From Candidatus Multivorans sp. (lineage in GTDB: Bacteria; Acidobacteriota; Thermoanaerobaculia; Multivoradales; Multivoraceae), in the NCBI GenBank assembly GCA_965224025.1, contig OZ245033.1:1792001-1856000 (forward strand): 64,000 nt of DNA, read 5' to 3'. The notes under the pieces are model-generated. The model had not been told where the DNA came from. It saw only the letters and a list, made by a program, of their open reading frames with translations, and did no database searches. Below, one piece after another: positions 41,387 through 51,794 of the stretch; the first letter of the stretch is position 1, and each line of letters begins with the position of its first letter. Both the position numbers and the translations under genes were made by a program.

Positions 41387-42088
41387 TCATTCGGCGGGCT
41401 CCCGCCACTCCGAGCCGCTCAGGTAGACGACGCCGGGACGGGTGTCCAGATCGCCCAGGAGGCTGAACGCCCGCGGCGACTCCGCCCACCGGGAGACTTC
41501 GCTGTCCGCGTCGTCGAGGTCGCCGAACGCGATCGCCTTCGTCGGGCACGACTGCTGGCAGGCGGTCTTGATGTCGCCGTCCGCGACCTCGCGTTCCCCC
41601 TGGGACGCCTCGTCCTTGCCGGCGACGATGCGCTGCACGCAGAAGGTGCACTTCTCCATCACCCCGCCGGGCCGGACGCTCACGTCCGGGTTCAACTGGG
41701 AGTCGAGCGGGGCCGGGAACTCGGCGTCGAACCAGTTGAAGACGCGTACCGTGTACGGGCAGTTGTTGGCGCAGAACCGCGTGCCGATGCAGCGGCTGTA
41801 CACCATCGCGTTCAACCCTTCCGGGTTGTGGTACGTCGCGTAGACGGGGCAGACCGGTTCGCACGGGGCCGCGCCGCACTGCTGGCAGAGGACGGGCATG
41901 AAGCGTGTGCGGACGTTCGGGAAATCGCCCTCGTAGTAGCGCTCGATCCGGAGCCAGTGCATCGCCCGGCCCTCGCGCGCCTGCTCCTCGCCGACCGTCT
42001 GGATGTTGTTCTCGGCGGAACACGCGACGACGCAGGCCTCGCAGCCGGTGCAGCGGTCGAGATCGATGGCCATGCCCCAGCGCGTCAT
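41387..42088 (-). CDS. 4Fe-4S dicluster subunit (ActB2/QrcC-like)
   Basis: CTGCEACVVAC, CQQCGAAPCEPVCP, CIGTRFCANNCPY, CTFCVQR, CQQSCP. Confidence 0.93.
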   Translation of the reverse strand: MTRWGMAIDLDRCTGCEACVVACSAENNIQTVGEEQAREGRAMHWLRIERYYEGDFPNVRTRFMPVLCQQCGAAPCEPVCPVYATYHNPEGLNAMVYSRCIGTRFCANNCPYTVRVFNWFDAEFPAPLDSQLNPDVSVRPGGVMEKCTFCVQRIVAGKDEASQGEREVADGDIKTACQQSCPTKAIAFGDLDDADSEVSRWAESPRAFSLLGDLDTRPGVVYLSGSEWREPAE

Positions 42089-44460
42089 GCCTTCTCCTCC
42101 CGGGTCGCGGCGCCCGCCCTCACCGCACGGCGCGGCCGTCCGAGCCGCCGCACGAAGCCGGCGTCCTGCTTCGAGGCGTGAGCGGCGCCGCTGTCGTGCG
42201 GCGCCCAGCCGACGGGTATCTCCTCGGCCTGCCGCAGGCCGCGGCCGTGGATCACCGGCCGTTCGTCGCGACGGGGGCGGCGCAGCCGCTCGACCCGCGC
42301 GTTGACGGTTCCCCGCGCGAACGCGGCGACGCCCGCAACCCGGCGGTCCGGGTCGAACAGGGCGTTCACGTTGACGCCGCGGCCTCGCGCGTACCGACCG
42401 TAGTCCGCATGGCCGCCGCCGACCGGCACGCCCACGCACCCCGGCCGCACGGTCGGCAGAACGATCGCGGGCAGTTCGATCTCGGCGGCGGTTCCGGTCA
42501 GCCGCACGATGTCGCCGGTGCGGATGCCGAGGCGATCCGCGTCGGCAGTGGCCATCTCGGCCCACGATCCCCACATCACGGTCGACAGCGGGTCCGGCAA
42601 CTCCTGCAGCCACGGACGGTTCGCGCCCTGGCCGTCGCCGAGCTTCAGCGACTCGAACGGAATCAGCGTGAAGGACTCCACGCCAGCCGGAGCGGCCGGG
42701 GACGGCAGGGAGGCCGGATCGGGGAGTCCGGCCGGGGCGTCGTTCGCGGCGCCCCGAGTTGGCGCGCGACGCCTCTCCTCGGTCCCGACCAAGCCGCCGG
42801 CATCCGTGGTCCTGCGCACGAACTGGCGTGCGTTCAGGGCGCCCGCGATAAGGGAAGCGGGCAACGCGCCGGCCCCCTCGGCATCCGCTCTGGTCGCGGT
42901 GAAGGCATCGCTGAGCGCGGCCTCAACGGCCTCCTGGAAGCCCGGCCAGGGAAGCTCCGTGCCGGAAGCCGCCGCAAGGGCCAGGACCACGTCGCCCGGA
43001 TGCCGCGCCTCGCCCCTCGGCGCCACCGTCGGCGACGCGATGAGCAGCGCGGGCACCCCGAGCACCGGATCCGGCTCGATCGCCTGGAAGCGCTCCAGGT
43101 CGGTCTGGATCGGCAGCACCAGGTCGGCGCGAAGTGTCGTGTCGTCGAAGAAGGCGGAAAGCGCGATCACGGTGCCCGCACCGTCGATGGCGGACTCGAA
43201 CCGCGGCATCGCATGCAGCGGATCGGCCTCCGAGACGACGAGGACGCCGGACGCGCCGGCGCCGTCCAGCCGGTCGGCCAGCGCCGCCGGTGGCGCGGCC
43301 GCGTCGGCGTCGCCAGCCAATCGGTCCTCGAAGCCGAAGTCCACACCGGCGAAGACGCCGCCTTCGCGGCCCACGACGCCCAGCAACACGTTGAGCGCCA
43401 GCGCGGCCGCGCCCGCGGCGAGGCCGTTCTCGCCCTCGAGCGCGGATCCCCCGATCATCACCAACGGCCGGCGAGCGCGGGAGAGTTCGCTGGCGAGCCG
43501 CTCGATCCGGTCGGAATCGATGCCGCAGCGCTCGGCGGTGCCGGCCAGGTCGGTCGGCGCCTCGGGGTAGAGCGCCTCGTAGGCGGCTCGCGCGTCTTCC
43601 GGCACCTTCCCCGAAGCAATCAACAGCCCGGCCAGGCCGCGCGCGAACACGCCTTCACTACCGGGCACCACAGGCAGCCAGTCGTCGGCGTTCGCGGCGG
43701 TCAACGAATGCCGCGCCTCGACCTGAACCAGCTTGCCGCGACGATCGGCGGTCAACTCCGCCCAGGCGCCGGCAAAGTGGGCCGCACTCCGCCAGCCGTC
43801 GAGGAATGGCGCGCCGATGCTGAGCACGTAGTCCGCCCGGGCCATGTCATACGCCGGACGAACCGGCTCGCCAAGAGCGACTCGCGCCGCCTCGCGTTCC
43901 ACAACCAGGTCGGCGGACTGCCAGTGGACCGGCGCGGGCGCGCCGACCGAGGCGGCAAACCGCCGCCACAGGCCGAGGAGCGGTCCCGACGGCGCGCCCG
44001 AGACGAGCGTCGTCGCCGCCGGCGAGGCCGCAATCGCCCCCGCCGCGGCCTCCAGCGCCTCCTCCCAGGACACCGGCTCCAACTCACCCGAAGCGCCCCG
44101 CCGCATCGGTTCCGTCACCCGGTCCGGGTGATACAGCTCCTGGAGCGCCGAATGCCCGAGCGCGCAGACGCCGCCGCGGTTGACGAAGCCGTCCGGCAGC
44201 CCCTCGATCTTCTTCGCCAACCGATCGACGGTCCGCACTTCGATCTCGCAGCCAGCGCCGCACTGCCCGCAGATCGACCGCCGCCACACCGAGGCTCCAG
44301 GCAGAGCCGTACTCCGCCGCACCGGCGACTCGATCAGTTCCTGGTCCCGCCGCCGGCAGCCCTCGAGCACCGCTATTCCGGCCGCGGCGTAGACCTTCAA
44401 GAAGTCCCGCCGGCCGATCGTGACCCGGGGTTCACCGCGCTTGCCGTCGCCGCCGCTCAT
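42085..44460 (-). CDS. Molybdopterin-oxidoreductase-family subunit (ActB1/QrcB-like), Tat lipoprotein
   Basis: RRDFLK Tat motif, LEGC lipobox, CGQCGAGC…C Fe-S motif, NRPWLQELPDP. Confidence 0.9.
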   Translation of the reverse strand: MSGGDGKRGEPRVTIGRRDFLKVYAAAGIAVLEGCRRRDQELIESPVRRSTALPGASVWRRSICGQCGAGCEIEVRTVDRLAKKIEGLPDGFVNRGGVCALGHSALQELYHPDRVTEPMRRGASGELEPVSWEEALEAAAGAIAASPAATTLVSGAPSGPLLGLWRRFAASVGAPAPVHWQSADLVVEREAARVALGEPVRPAYDMARADYVLSIGAPFLDGWRSAAHFAGAWAELTADRRGKLVQVEARHSLTAANADDWLPVVPGSEGVFARGLAGLLIASGKVPEDARAAYEALYPEAPTDLAGTAERCGIDSDRIERLASELSRARRPLVMIGGSALEGENGLAAGAAALALNVLLGVVGREGGVFAGVDFGFEDRLAGDADAAAPPAALADRLDGAGASGVLVVSEADPLHAMPRFESAIDGAGTVIALSAFFDDTTLRADLVLPIQTDLERFQAIEPDPVLGVPALLIASPTVAPRGEARHPGDVVLALAAASGTELPWPGFQEAVEAALSDAFTATRADAEGAGALPASLIAGALNARQFVRRTTDAGGLVGTEERRRAPTRGAANDAPAGLPDPASLPSPAAPAGVESFTLIPFESLKLGDGQGANRPWLQELPDPLSTVMWGSWAEMATADADRLGIRTGDIVRLTGTAAEIELPAIVLPTVRPGCVGVPVGGGHADYGRYARGRGVNVNALFDPDRRVAGVAAFARGTVNARVERLRRPRRDERPVIHGRGLRQAEEIPVGWAPHDSGAAHASKQDAGFVRRLGRPRRAVRAGAATREEKA

Positions 44461-44467
44461 CCCGTCC

Positions 44468-44971
44468 TCACCGGTGGCAGGCCAGGCAATCGTCGCTGGC
44501 CTCGTTGTCGCGGTGGCACTCGACGCACCATCCCATGTCGGCGACGTTGCGCACCGGCTCGGCCACGGTCATCGAGGTGACGTCACCGTGGCAGGTCAGG
44601 CACTCGACCCCGGCGCGAGCATGGGCGCGGTGGTTGAAGTGGACCATCGCCTTGTCCGGGATCACGTTCACCTTCGCCCACAGGATCGGCTCCCGGTTCT
44701 CGTTCGCGAGCATCACCTTCTGGACCTCGGGATGGTCGGGAATCTCGCGTCGGTGACAGCCGGCGCATGCCTGGACCGAGGGCATGCCCGCGTGGACCCC
44801 CTCCTCCGCGCCGCGATGGCAGCGCGTGCACTCGAGCCCCGCCTCGATGTGGACCTCGTGGTTGTAGGCGATCGGCTGTTCAGGCGTCGGCAGGTTCCGG
44901 GTCGGGCCGCAAGCGCCGGATGCGAGGGCGATTCCTGCCAGGAACAGCCGACGGGTCGTGCCGCGGACCAA
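44468..44971 (-). CDS. Pentaheme cytochrome c (ActA/QrcA-like; start approximate)
   Basis: Five CxxCH motifs (CTRCH, CAGCH, CLTCH, CVECH, CLACH); PEQPIAYNH. Confidence 0.9.
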   Translation of the reverse strand: MVRGTTRRLFLAGIALASGACGPTRNLPTPEQPIAYNHEVHIEAGLECTRCHRGAEEGVHAGMPSVQACAGCHRREIPDHPEVQKVMLANENREPILWAKVNVIPDKAMVHFNHRAHARAGVECLTCHGDVTSMTVAEPVRNVADMGWCVECHRDNEASDDCLACHR

Positions 44972-44975
44972 GCTT

Positions 44976-45587
44976 CTAGACCTCGCGGATCCGCTGGTAC
45001 GAAGGGACTTCCTGAAGCCGCGTCCAGTAGCGTCGCACGTTGTCGCCGAAGTCGTCGATGCCGAGCGACGTGGCCAGGTGCAGGCCGTAGCCCACGCAGA
45101 TGTCGGCGATCGTGAAGCGGCCGCAGCACAGAAAGTCACGGCCGTCCGAGGTCGCCTTCTCCACCAGCCGGAGCCGGCCCAGGAACCACCTGCGGTAGTC
45201 CTCGGCGACCTGGGGAACCCGGCGCTCCTTGGGTTCGAGGCGGGTGTAACGGAGGAACAGCGTCTGCGGGAAGGTCAGGGTCGCGTCGCTGTAGAAAAGC
45301 CAGTTCAGGTACGCGCCGTACTCCGGGTCGTCCACGTCGACGGCGACCGGCGTCGGGCCGTAGCGGTCGACCAGGTACTTGGTCATCCCCGAGGACTCCG
45401 TCATGTGGACATCGCCGTCGATCATGTACGGGACCGTACCCAGGACGTTGGTTCCCAGGTAGTCCTTCTTGAAGACCCGCGGCGGGAAGGGCAGCACGTG
45501 CAGGTCGTAGTCGATGCCCATCTCCTCCAGCGTCCACACCGGACGGAGCGAGCGGGCGCCCTTGCAGTGGTAGAGCTGAATCGTCAC
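44976..45587 (-). CDS. Glutathione S-transferase family protein
   Basis: ARSLRPVWTLEEMG, GTVP…MTESSG, FTIADI. Confidence 0.9.
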   Translation of the reverse strand: MTIQLYHCKGARSLRPVWTLEEMGIDYDLHVLPFPPRVFKKDYLGTNVLGTVPYMIDGDVHMTESSGMTKYLVDRYGPTPVAVDVDDPEYGAYLNWLFYSDATLTFPQTLFLRYTRLEPKERRVPQVAEDYRRWFLGRLRLVEKATSDGRDFLCCGRFTIADICVGYGLHLATSLGIDDFGDNVRRYWTRLQEVPSYQRIREV

Positions 45588-46387
45588 GACGAATCGCCGG
45601 CGCCGACGGCAGCCACCGCCCAACTCGGTTTCCTCTTCTCGCGGAACGCGGCCATGCCTTCGGCCGCTTCCTCGCCCTGGAACATGCGACGGCTCCAGCC
45701 CTGGGTCAGCTCGAACCCTTCGGCCAGCGAGATGTCCGGCACCGCACGCACTAGCTTCTTGCACTCGACGACCGCCGTCGGACCGCCCAGGTTGATCGCG
45801 TCGATCTCCTCCTGGACCACCGACCACAGATCGTCGCGCGGCACCGCTTTGTGCGCCAGCCCGTACTCGACGGCCTGCCGGCCGTTGAATCGGTCGCCGG
45901 TCAGGAACAGCCTCATGCCGTGATGCGGTCCCAGCTTGCGAAGGCAGACGACGGCGATGATCGCCGGGATGACGCCGATCCGCACTTCGCTGAAGCTGAA
46001 CATCGCTTCCTCCGCGGTGATGACCAGATCGGAGGCCGCGACCATGCCCAGCCCGCCGGCGAAGGCGTGGCCGTTCACCGCGGCGATCACGGGCTTCTCA
46101 CCCTCCCAGATCGCGGTCAGCAGATCCGGATAGGGCACGATTCGGTCCGACTCGCCCTCGCCGGGTTGCCGCTTGAGGTCCGCGCCCGAGCAGAAGCCCT
46201 TGCCGGCACCGGTGATCACGATCGACCGGACGGCGTCGTCGACCTGGGCCGCCGTCAAGTGGTCATAGACCTCGGTGATCAGACCCGGCGACAGTGCGTT
46301 GCGCCGTTCCGGACGGTTGAGCGTGATGACGGCCGCGCCACTGCGGACTTCGTAGAGCGTGTATTCGGTCCCCGGCTGGTTCCCCAT
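45584..46387 (-). CDS. Enoyl-CoA hydratase (methylglutaconyl/isohexenylglutaconyl-CoA hydratase-like)
   Basis: LNRPERRNAL, FCSGADL, KPVIAAVNGHAFAGG, SEVRIG. Confidence 0.9.
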   Translation of the reverse strand: MGNQPGTEYTLYEVRSGAAVITLNRPERRNALSPGLITEVYDHLTAAQVDDAVRSIVITGAGKGFCSGADLKRQPGEGESDRIVPYPDLLTAIWEGEKPVIAAVNGHAFAGGLGMVAASDLVITAEEAMFSFSEVRIGVIPAIIAVVCLRKLGPHHGMRLFLTGDRFNGRQAVEYGLAHKAVPRDDLWSVVQEEIDAINLGGPTAVVECKKLVRAVPDISLAEGFELTQGWSRRMFQGEEAAEGMAAFREKRKPSWAVAAVGAGDSS

Positions 46388-46419
46388 GCCAATCCTCCTC
46401 GCGTCAACGCGCCGCGCCC

Positions 46420-48420
46420 TTAGGCCGCGTCCTCGTCGATGACCACGAGCAGCTCGCCGTTCCCCACCTGCTCGCCCTCGCCGACCCGGAACTCGGAGAC
46501 CGTGCCCGGCGCCGGCGCGGTCACGCGGTGCTCCATCTTCATCGCTTCCAAAACCAGGAGGAGTTGACCCGACTCGACCCGATCTCCAACCGCGGCGTGG
46601 GTCGAGATCACCTTGCCCGGCATCGGCGCCGTCAGACCGCCGGCGACCGTTTCCAGCCCGGCGACCGGGAAGCGCGGCAGTTCCCGCAGTTCGACGTCGC
46701 CCTCCGGACCGTGCACGAGCCAGCGGTCGCCGTCGGCCGTCACGGTCGCCCGGAATCTGCGGCCGTCGATCACGATTTCGACGCCGTCCGCAGTGCGCCG
46801 GCGCAACTCGACCATGTGTCGGCTCGGCTCGCAGTCGCCGGCCGTGGCGCGCGTGTCGAACCGGCCGTCGCGCTGGATCCCGTACTCGATCCGGAGCGCG
46901 CCGCCGGCGGCGGTCATGAAGTCGGCCCGCTCGTAGGGCATCACCGTGTTGCGCCAGCCACTTGTGATCGTCGGATGGATCCGCGCCGCCTGCCTGCGGT
47001 CGTGCTGCGCGGCCATCACCGCACAGATTCCCGCCGCCACCACCTCGCCGGCCGACGGCAAGCGTACCGGCTCGGGCGCCACCCGTTCGATGAAGTCGGT
47101 CGTCGTGTCGCCGGCCAGGTATTCCGGTGAGCGGAGCGTCGCAACCAGGAAGTCCCGGTTGGTCCGAATGCCCTGCACCCGCGTCGTCTCCAGCACTCTG
47201 GCAAGCCGGAGCGCGGCTTCGCGGCGCGTGGCCGCGCCGACGATCACCTTGGCGAGCATCGGATCGAACTCGATGCCCACGTCGCTGCCGCTTTCGATTC
47301 CGGAGTCGAAGCGCGCGTTCATCCCCGGCGCCGGCTGCCAGCACTGCACCCGCCCGGTCTGGGGCAGGAAGTCGTTCGCCGGGTCCTCCGCGTAGAGCCG
47401 GGCCTCGATCGCGTGACCGCGGATGGCCAGATCCTCCTGGGCGAATCCGAGCGCCTCGCCCTGGGCCACCCGGAGCTGCTCTCGGACCAGGTCGAGGCCG
47501 GTGATCTCCTCGGTCACTGGATGCTCCACCTGCAGCCGGGTGTTCACCTCGAGGAACCAGAAGTCGGTCGGCGCGGAACCATCCGCCGGCTGCTCGACCA
47601 GGAACTCGACCGTCCCCGCCGAGCTGTAGCCGATCGCCTGGCCGGCCGCCACCGCGGCCGCTCCCATGCGGGCCCGGAGCTCGTCGCTCACGACCGGCGA
47701 CGGCGCCTCCTCGATGATCTTCTGGTGGCGGCGCTGGATCGAGCACTCGCGCTCGAAGCAGTGGACGAGGTTGCCCTGCAGGTCGCCCAGAATCTGGATC
47801 TCGACGTGCCGCGAGGAGGACAGCCAGCGCTCCAGGAAGACCGTGCCGTCGCCGAACGCGGCCGCCGCCTCGCGGCGGGCACCCTCGACCGCGGCGGCGA
47901 GTTCCGCCTCCGATTCGACCACCCGCATGCCGCGGCCGCCGCCACCGGCCGCGGCCTTGACCAGAGCCGGAAAACCGACTTCCGCCGCCGCGGCCAGGTC
48001 GGCCCCTTCGCCGAGCTCGACGGCCTCAAGCGTCGGCACCTTCGCCTCGCGCATCAACCGCTTGGCCGACAGCTTGTCGCCCATCGCGGCGATCGCCTCG
48101 GGCGACGGGCCCACCCAGACCAGGCCCGCGTCGGTCACGGCGCGCGCGAAGTCCGCGTTCTCGGACAGGAAACCGTAACCGGGATGCACCGCGTCGGCGC
48201 CGGTACGGGCGGCAGCGGCCAGCACCTTCTCGATGTCCCGGTAGGTTTCGGTCGAAGAGCGCCCGTCGAGCGCGATCGCTTCGTCGGCCTCGGCCACGAA
48301 GGGCGCGTCGGCATCGCCGTCGGCGTACACCGTCACGGTCGCAATGCCCATCTCGCGGGCCGAGCGAAAGATCCGCCGCGCGATCTCAGCCCGGTTGGCG
48401 ACCAGGAGCCGCGTAATCAT
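46420..48420 (-). CDS. Acyl-CoA carboxylase alpha subunit (biotin carboxylase + BCCP)
   Basis: HPGYGFLSENA, GGGGRGMR, ECSIQRRHQK, EAMKM biotinylation site. Confidence 0.95.
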   Translation of the reverse strand: MITRLLVANRAEIARRIFRSAREMGIATVTVYADGDADAPFVAEADEAIALDGRSSTETYRDIEKVLAAAARTGADAVHPGYGFLSENADFARAVTDAGLVWVGPSPEAIAAMGDKLSAKRLMREAKVPTLEAVELGEGADLAAAAEVGFPALVKAAAGGGGRGMRVVESEAELAAAVEGARREAAAAFGDGTVFLERWLSSSRHVEIQILGDLQGNLVHCFERECSIQRRHQKIIEEAPSPVVSDELRARMGAAAVAAGQAIGYSSAGTVEFLVEQPADGSAPTDFWFLEVNTRLQVEHPVTEEITGLDLVREQLRVAQGEALGFAQEDLAIRGHAIEARLYAEDPANDFLPQTGRVQCWQPAPGMNARFDSGIESGSDVGIEFDPMLAKVIVGAATRREAALRLARVLETTRVQGIRTNRDFLVATLRSPEYLAGDTTTDFIERVAPEPVRLPSAGEVVAAGICAVMAAQHDRRQAARIHPTITSGWRNTVMPYERADFMTAAGGALRIEYGIQRDGRFDTRATAGDCEPSRHMVELRRRTADGVEIVIDGRRFRATVTADGDRWLVHGPEGDVELRELPRFPVAGLETVAGGLTAPMPGKVISTHAAVGDRVESGQLLLVLEAMKMEHRVTAPAPGTVSEFRVGEGEQVGNGELLVVIDEDAA

Positions 48421-48449
48421 GCCGCCCTCCAAGGGATCACGCCGCCGCC

Positions 48450-50081
48450 TCACATCCGGAAAACGGCATAGCCCTTCGCTCCCTCGACCGCCCGGCTGTG
48501 GCAGGCGGACAGCGACAGGCCGAGGACCGTGCGGGTGTCGCGCGGGTCGATGAGCCCATCGTCGGAGACCCGGGACGTCGCGTAGAGACCCAGCGAACGC
48601 TTCTCCGCCCAGTGGATCACTCCGGCCGCGCGCTTCCTGTCCGCCTCTTCGTCGAACTCGACGCCGCGCCGCTGCGCGGCCCTCCGGGTCACGATCGTCA
48701 TCACGCCGGCCATCTGTTCCGGGCCCATCACCGCGATCTTCGCGGTCGGCCAGATGTAGGTGAACCGGGTGCCGTACGCGCGGCCGCTCATGCCGTAGTT
48801 GCCGGCGCCGTACGACGCGCCCACGATCACCGACAGGTGCGGCACGGTCGAGTTCGCGACCGCGTTGATCATCTTCGAGCCGTTCTTCGTGATCCCGCCC
48901 TGCTCGTAGTCCGTGCCGACGATGTAGCCCGTGATGTTGTGAAGGAACAGGAGCGGCGCGTCGATCTGGTTGCAGAGCTGAATGAACTGAGTCGCCTTCT
49001 CGGCCGACTCGGAGAACAGCGCGCCGTTGTTGCCCAGGATGCCCACCGGGTAGCCATGGATTGAGGACCACCCGCAGACGATCGTCGGCCCGTAGAGCGG
49101 CTTGAACTCCTCGAAGCGGGAGCCGTCGACGACTCGCCCGATCACCTCGCGGATGTCGAGGGGCGAGCGCAGGTCACGCGAGACGAGGCCGAGCAACTCG
49201 TCGGGATCGAGCACCGGATCATCGGGCGGCAGGCTCGGCCCGGGGCCTTCCTTGCGCCAGTTCAGGTGGTGAACCACGTCTCGAAGCAACCGGATGCCGT
49301 CCATCTCGTCCAGGGCCAGGTAGTCGCCCAGTCCCGAGACGCGGCAGTGCATGTCGGCGCCGCCGACGCTCTCCGGCTCGGCGTCTTCCCCAGTCGCCAT
49401 CTTGACCAGGGGCGGGCCGCCGAGCGAGACCATCGCCTGGTTCTTGACGAAGATGTTGTAGTCGCTCATCCCCGGCTGGTAAGCACCGCCCGCCGTTGAG
49501 GCGCCGAAGACGATCGACACCGTCGGAATGCGCATCTTGGAGAGCTCGGAGATCTCGTAGAAGAGGCGGCCGGACTCGGCGAAGTGCCCGATGGTCCGCT
49601 TCGTTTGCGCGTTCGGATCGTCCCCCGTGTTGCCGCGCAGGTCAGCGCCCGCCGACTCCACGAACTGGACGTAGGGCAGCCGGTTGACCCGCGCGATCTC
49701 GAGGCCACGCATGAGCTTCTTCGAGTTGAACTCGTTGAAAGCACCGGCCCGAACCGACGGGTCGTGCCCGAGGATCACGCACTCCGTGCCCGAGATCACG
49801 CCGACGCCGAGCACGAACCCTGAGCCGACCGTGTAGTAGGAGTTCCAGGCCGCGAGCGGCGAGATCTCGAGGAACGGGCTGTCCCGATCGAGCGCGTTCG
49901 CCACGCGCTCGCGCACTGGCAGCTTGCCGCGGCTCCGCAGGCGATTCATCGCCTCCGGCCCGCCGCCACCGGACACCTGCTCGAGCAGGCCGTTCACCTG
50001 CTCGATCTGCTCCAGGATGTCGTCGCGGTTCTTCTTGAACTGCTCCGACCGGACGTCGACGTTGGATCTGAGAGCCTGCAT
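48450..50081 (-). CDS. Acyl-CoA carboxylase beta subunit (carboxyltransferase)
   Basis: RGKLPVRERV, STAGGAYQPGMSD, GASYGAGNYGM, IDPRDTR, terminal VFRM. Confidence 0.95.
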   Translation of the reverse strand: MQALRSNVDVRSEQFKKNRDDILEQIEQVNGLLEQVSGGGGPEAMNRLRSRGKLPVRERVANALDRDSPFLEISPLAAWNSYYTVGSGFVLGVGVISGTECVILGHDPSVRAGAFNEFNSKKLMRGLEIARVNRLPYVQFVESAGADLRGNTGDDPNAQTKRTIGHFAESGRLFYEISELSKMRIPTVSIVFGASTAGGAYQPGMSDYNIFVKNQAMVSLGGPPLVKMATGEDAEPESVGGADMHCRVSGLGDYLALDEMDGIRLLRDVVHHLNWRKEGPGPSLPPDDPVLDPDELLGLVSRDLRSPLDIREVIGRVVDGSRFEEFKPLYGPTIVCGWSSIHGYPVGILGNNGALFSESAEKATQFIQLCNQIDAPLLFLHNITGYIVGTDYEQGGITKNGSKMINAVANSTVPHLSVIVGASYGAGNYGMSGRAYGTRFTYIWPTAKIAVMGPEQMAGVMTIVTRRAAQRRGVEFDEEADRKRAAGVIHWAEKRSLGLYATSRVSDDGLIDPRDTRTVLGLSLSACHSRAVEGAKGYAVFRM

Positions 50082-50187
50082 GCGCCAACCGCTCGCTAGT
50101 CGCGGAGCGGCAAAGAGAAGCCTGCGTTGCGAGCGGCGATCATGTCAGATCGGATCCGCTTCGTGTAGCCGCCACACCAACCCCGAC

Positions 50188-51348
50188 TCAGGCCGCGTTG
50201 TAGGCCCCCTTCCGCCACTCCTCGAGCAGCACGAACTTCTGGATCTTGCCGGACGGCGTCAGCGGGAAGTCGTCGACCCGGTACCAGGCCTTCGGCGTCT
50301 TCTGCGGCGACAGGTTCTCGCGGCAGTACGCGTGGAGTTCCGCGTCCGAGACCGGGTTGGCCGGGTCCGCGTCGCGGATGAAGGCGCCGACGATCTCGCC
50401 CCAGCGCTCGTCCGGCAGTCCTACGACCGCAACGTCCGCGACCCGAGGGTGCTCGAACAGCAGCTCCTCGATCTCGCGCGGGTAGATGTTCTCGCCGCCA
50501 CGGATGATCATGTCCCTCAACCGGCCGGTGATCGTCGTGTAGCCGCGGTCGTCCATCGTGACGAGGTCCCCGGTGTGCAGCCAGCCATCCTGGTCGATCG
50601 TCTCGGCGGTCTTGTCCGGCATCTCGAAGTACCCGAGCATCACGAGATACCTGCGGCAGCAGAGTTCCCCCGGCTCGCCGATCGGCACCGTGGCGCCGGT
50701 CTCGGGATCGATCACCTTCATCTCGGTCTGCGGCAACACCGGGCCAAGCGTGTTCGCCTTGTCCTCCTCGCTGTCGTCCGGCTTCATCAGCGTCACCCCG
50801 GGCGACGCCTCGGTCTGGCCGTAGATGATCGAGAACTGCACGCCGAGCGTGCTTTCGATCCGCCGTACCAGGTCGGCCGGCACCGTCGCGCCGCCCGAGC
50901 AGACGGTGTGGACGGACGACAGGTCGCGGCTGGCGAAGTCGGGCTCCATCGGGTTGCCGCGGAACGAACGCAGGTAGAAGATGCCGGAAGACCTCGACTG
51001 CCGCAGCACGTACTCGAGTTCCTTCGGCTGGTACGCGGGATTGACGGTCACCAGAACGACCCCGGCCAGACCGGCGCCGTACTCCAGCAGCACCCACTCC
51101 GGGATGTTCGGCGCCCAGACCGCGACCCGATCGCCTTTCTCGAAGCGTGCAGCCAGAGCCCGCGCCACGCGCTCCGCGTCGGCCAGGAGTTCGGCATAGG
51201 TCCAGGATCGTCGCTCGCCCGGCACGCCCTCGACCAGAGCGACCTGGTCCGGCGCCCTGGCCGCGGCGTCGCGCAGGATGCCGCCGACGGTCGTCTCGAG
51301 GACAGGTGAACTCGTCTCGGCGGGAACGTAGCTCTCGGTCAGCGGCAT
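50188..51348 (-). pseudogene. AMP-binding acyl-CoA synthetase with in-frame internal deletion
   Basis: 386 aa. Has YGQTE, WLHTGD, RGGENIYP and PSGKIQK but lacks the (Y)TSGTTGxPKG P-loop; join near GNPM|EPDF (~50945). Confidence 0.75.
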
Positions 51349-51518
51349 CTCGGTTCTCCTCTGAGCGTTCGGCCCGGAATCGTACCCGTTGAGCGGCCCT
51401 CCCGACCTGGGAACGCGGGCATCCTGCCCGCATACGGCCGGCCAAGACCCTCAAGAGGAATTGGAGTTCACGTCGAGTCTCCCAGTTCTGGTCTGACTAG
51501 TCAGTTACACTTGGCCGC

Positions 51519-51794
51519 ATGACCATCATGTACTCGACCTACGAAGCGAAGGCGCGTTTCTCGGAAGTGCTCCGGCACGTCCGGCAGGGGAAGACGATAA
51601 CGATCTCCTACCGAGGGAAGCCGGCGGCCGAGATTCGCCCGATCAAGCCGAAGAAGCAGACGCTCGAAGAGAGGCTGGAGCAAATGGAGCGCGAGGGCAC
51701 TCTGGTTGGCTCGAAGTCCCGCAAGCGGAACTTCAGAACGATCGAACGCCGCCCCGGCGCGCTGGAGCGGTTCCTGGCCGACCGCAACGAGTGA
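51519..51794 (+). CDS. Phd/YefM-family antitoxin
   Basis: YEAKARFSEVLRHVRQGKTITISYRGKPAA. Confidence 0.9.
   Translation: MTIMYSTYEAKARFSEVLRHVRQGKTITISYRGKPAAEIRPIKPKKQTLEERLEQMEREGTLVGSKSRKRNFRTIERRPGALERFLADRNE

Noticed and set aside
45584-49071. Apparent long fusion ORFs (720 aa at 45584-47746 and 883 aa at 46420-49071)
   Set aside because: The extensions are off-frame read-through of upstream genes in high-GC DNA; the real starts are 46387 and 48420.
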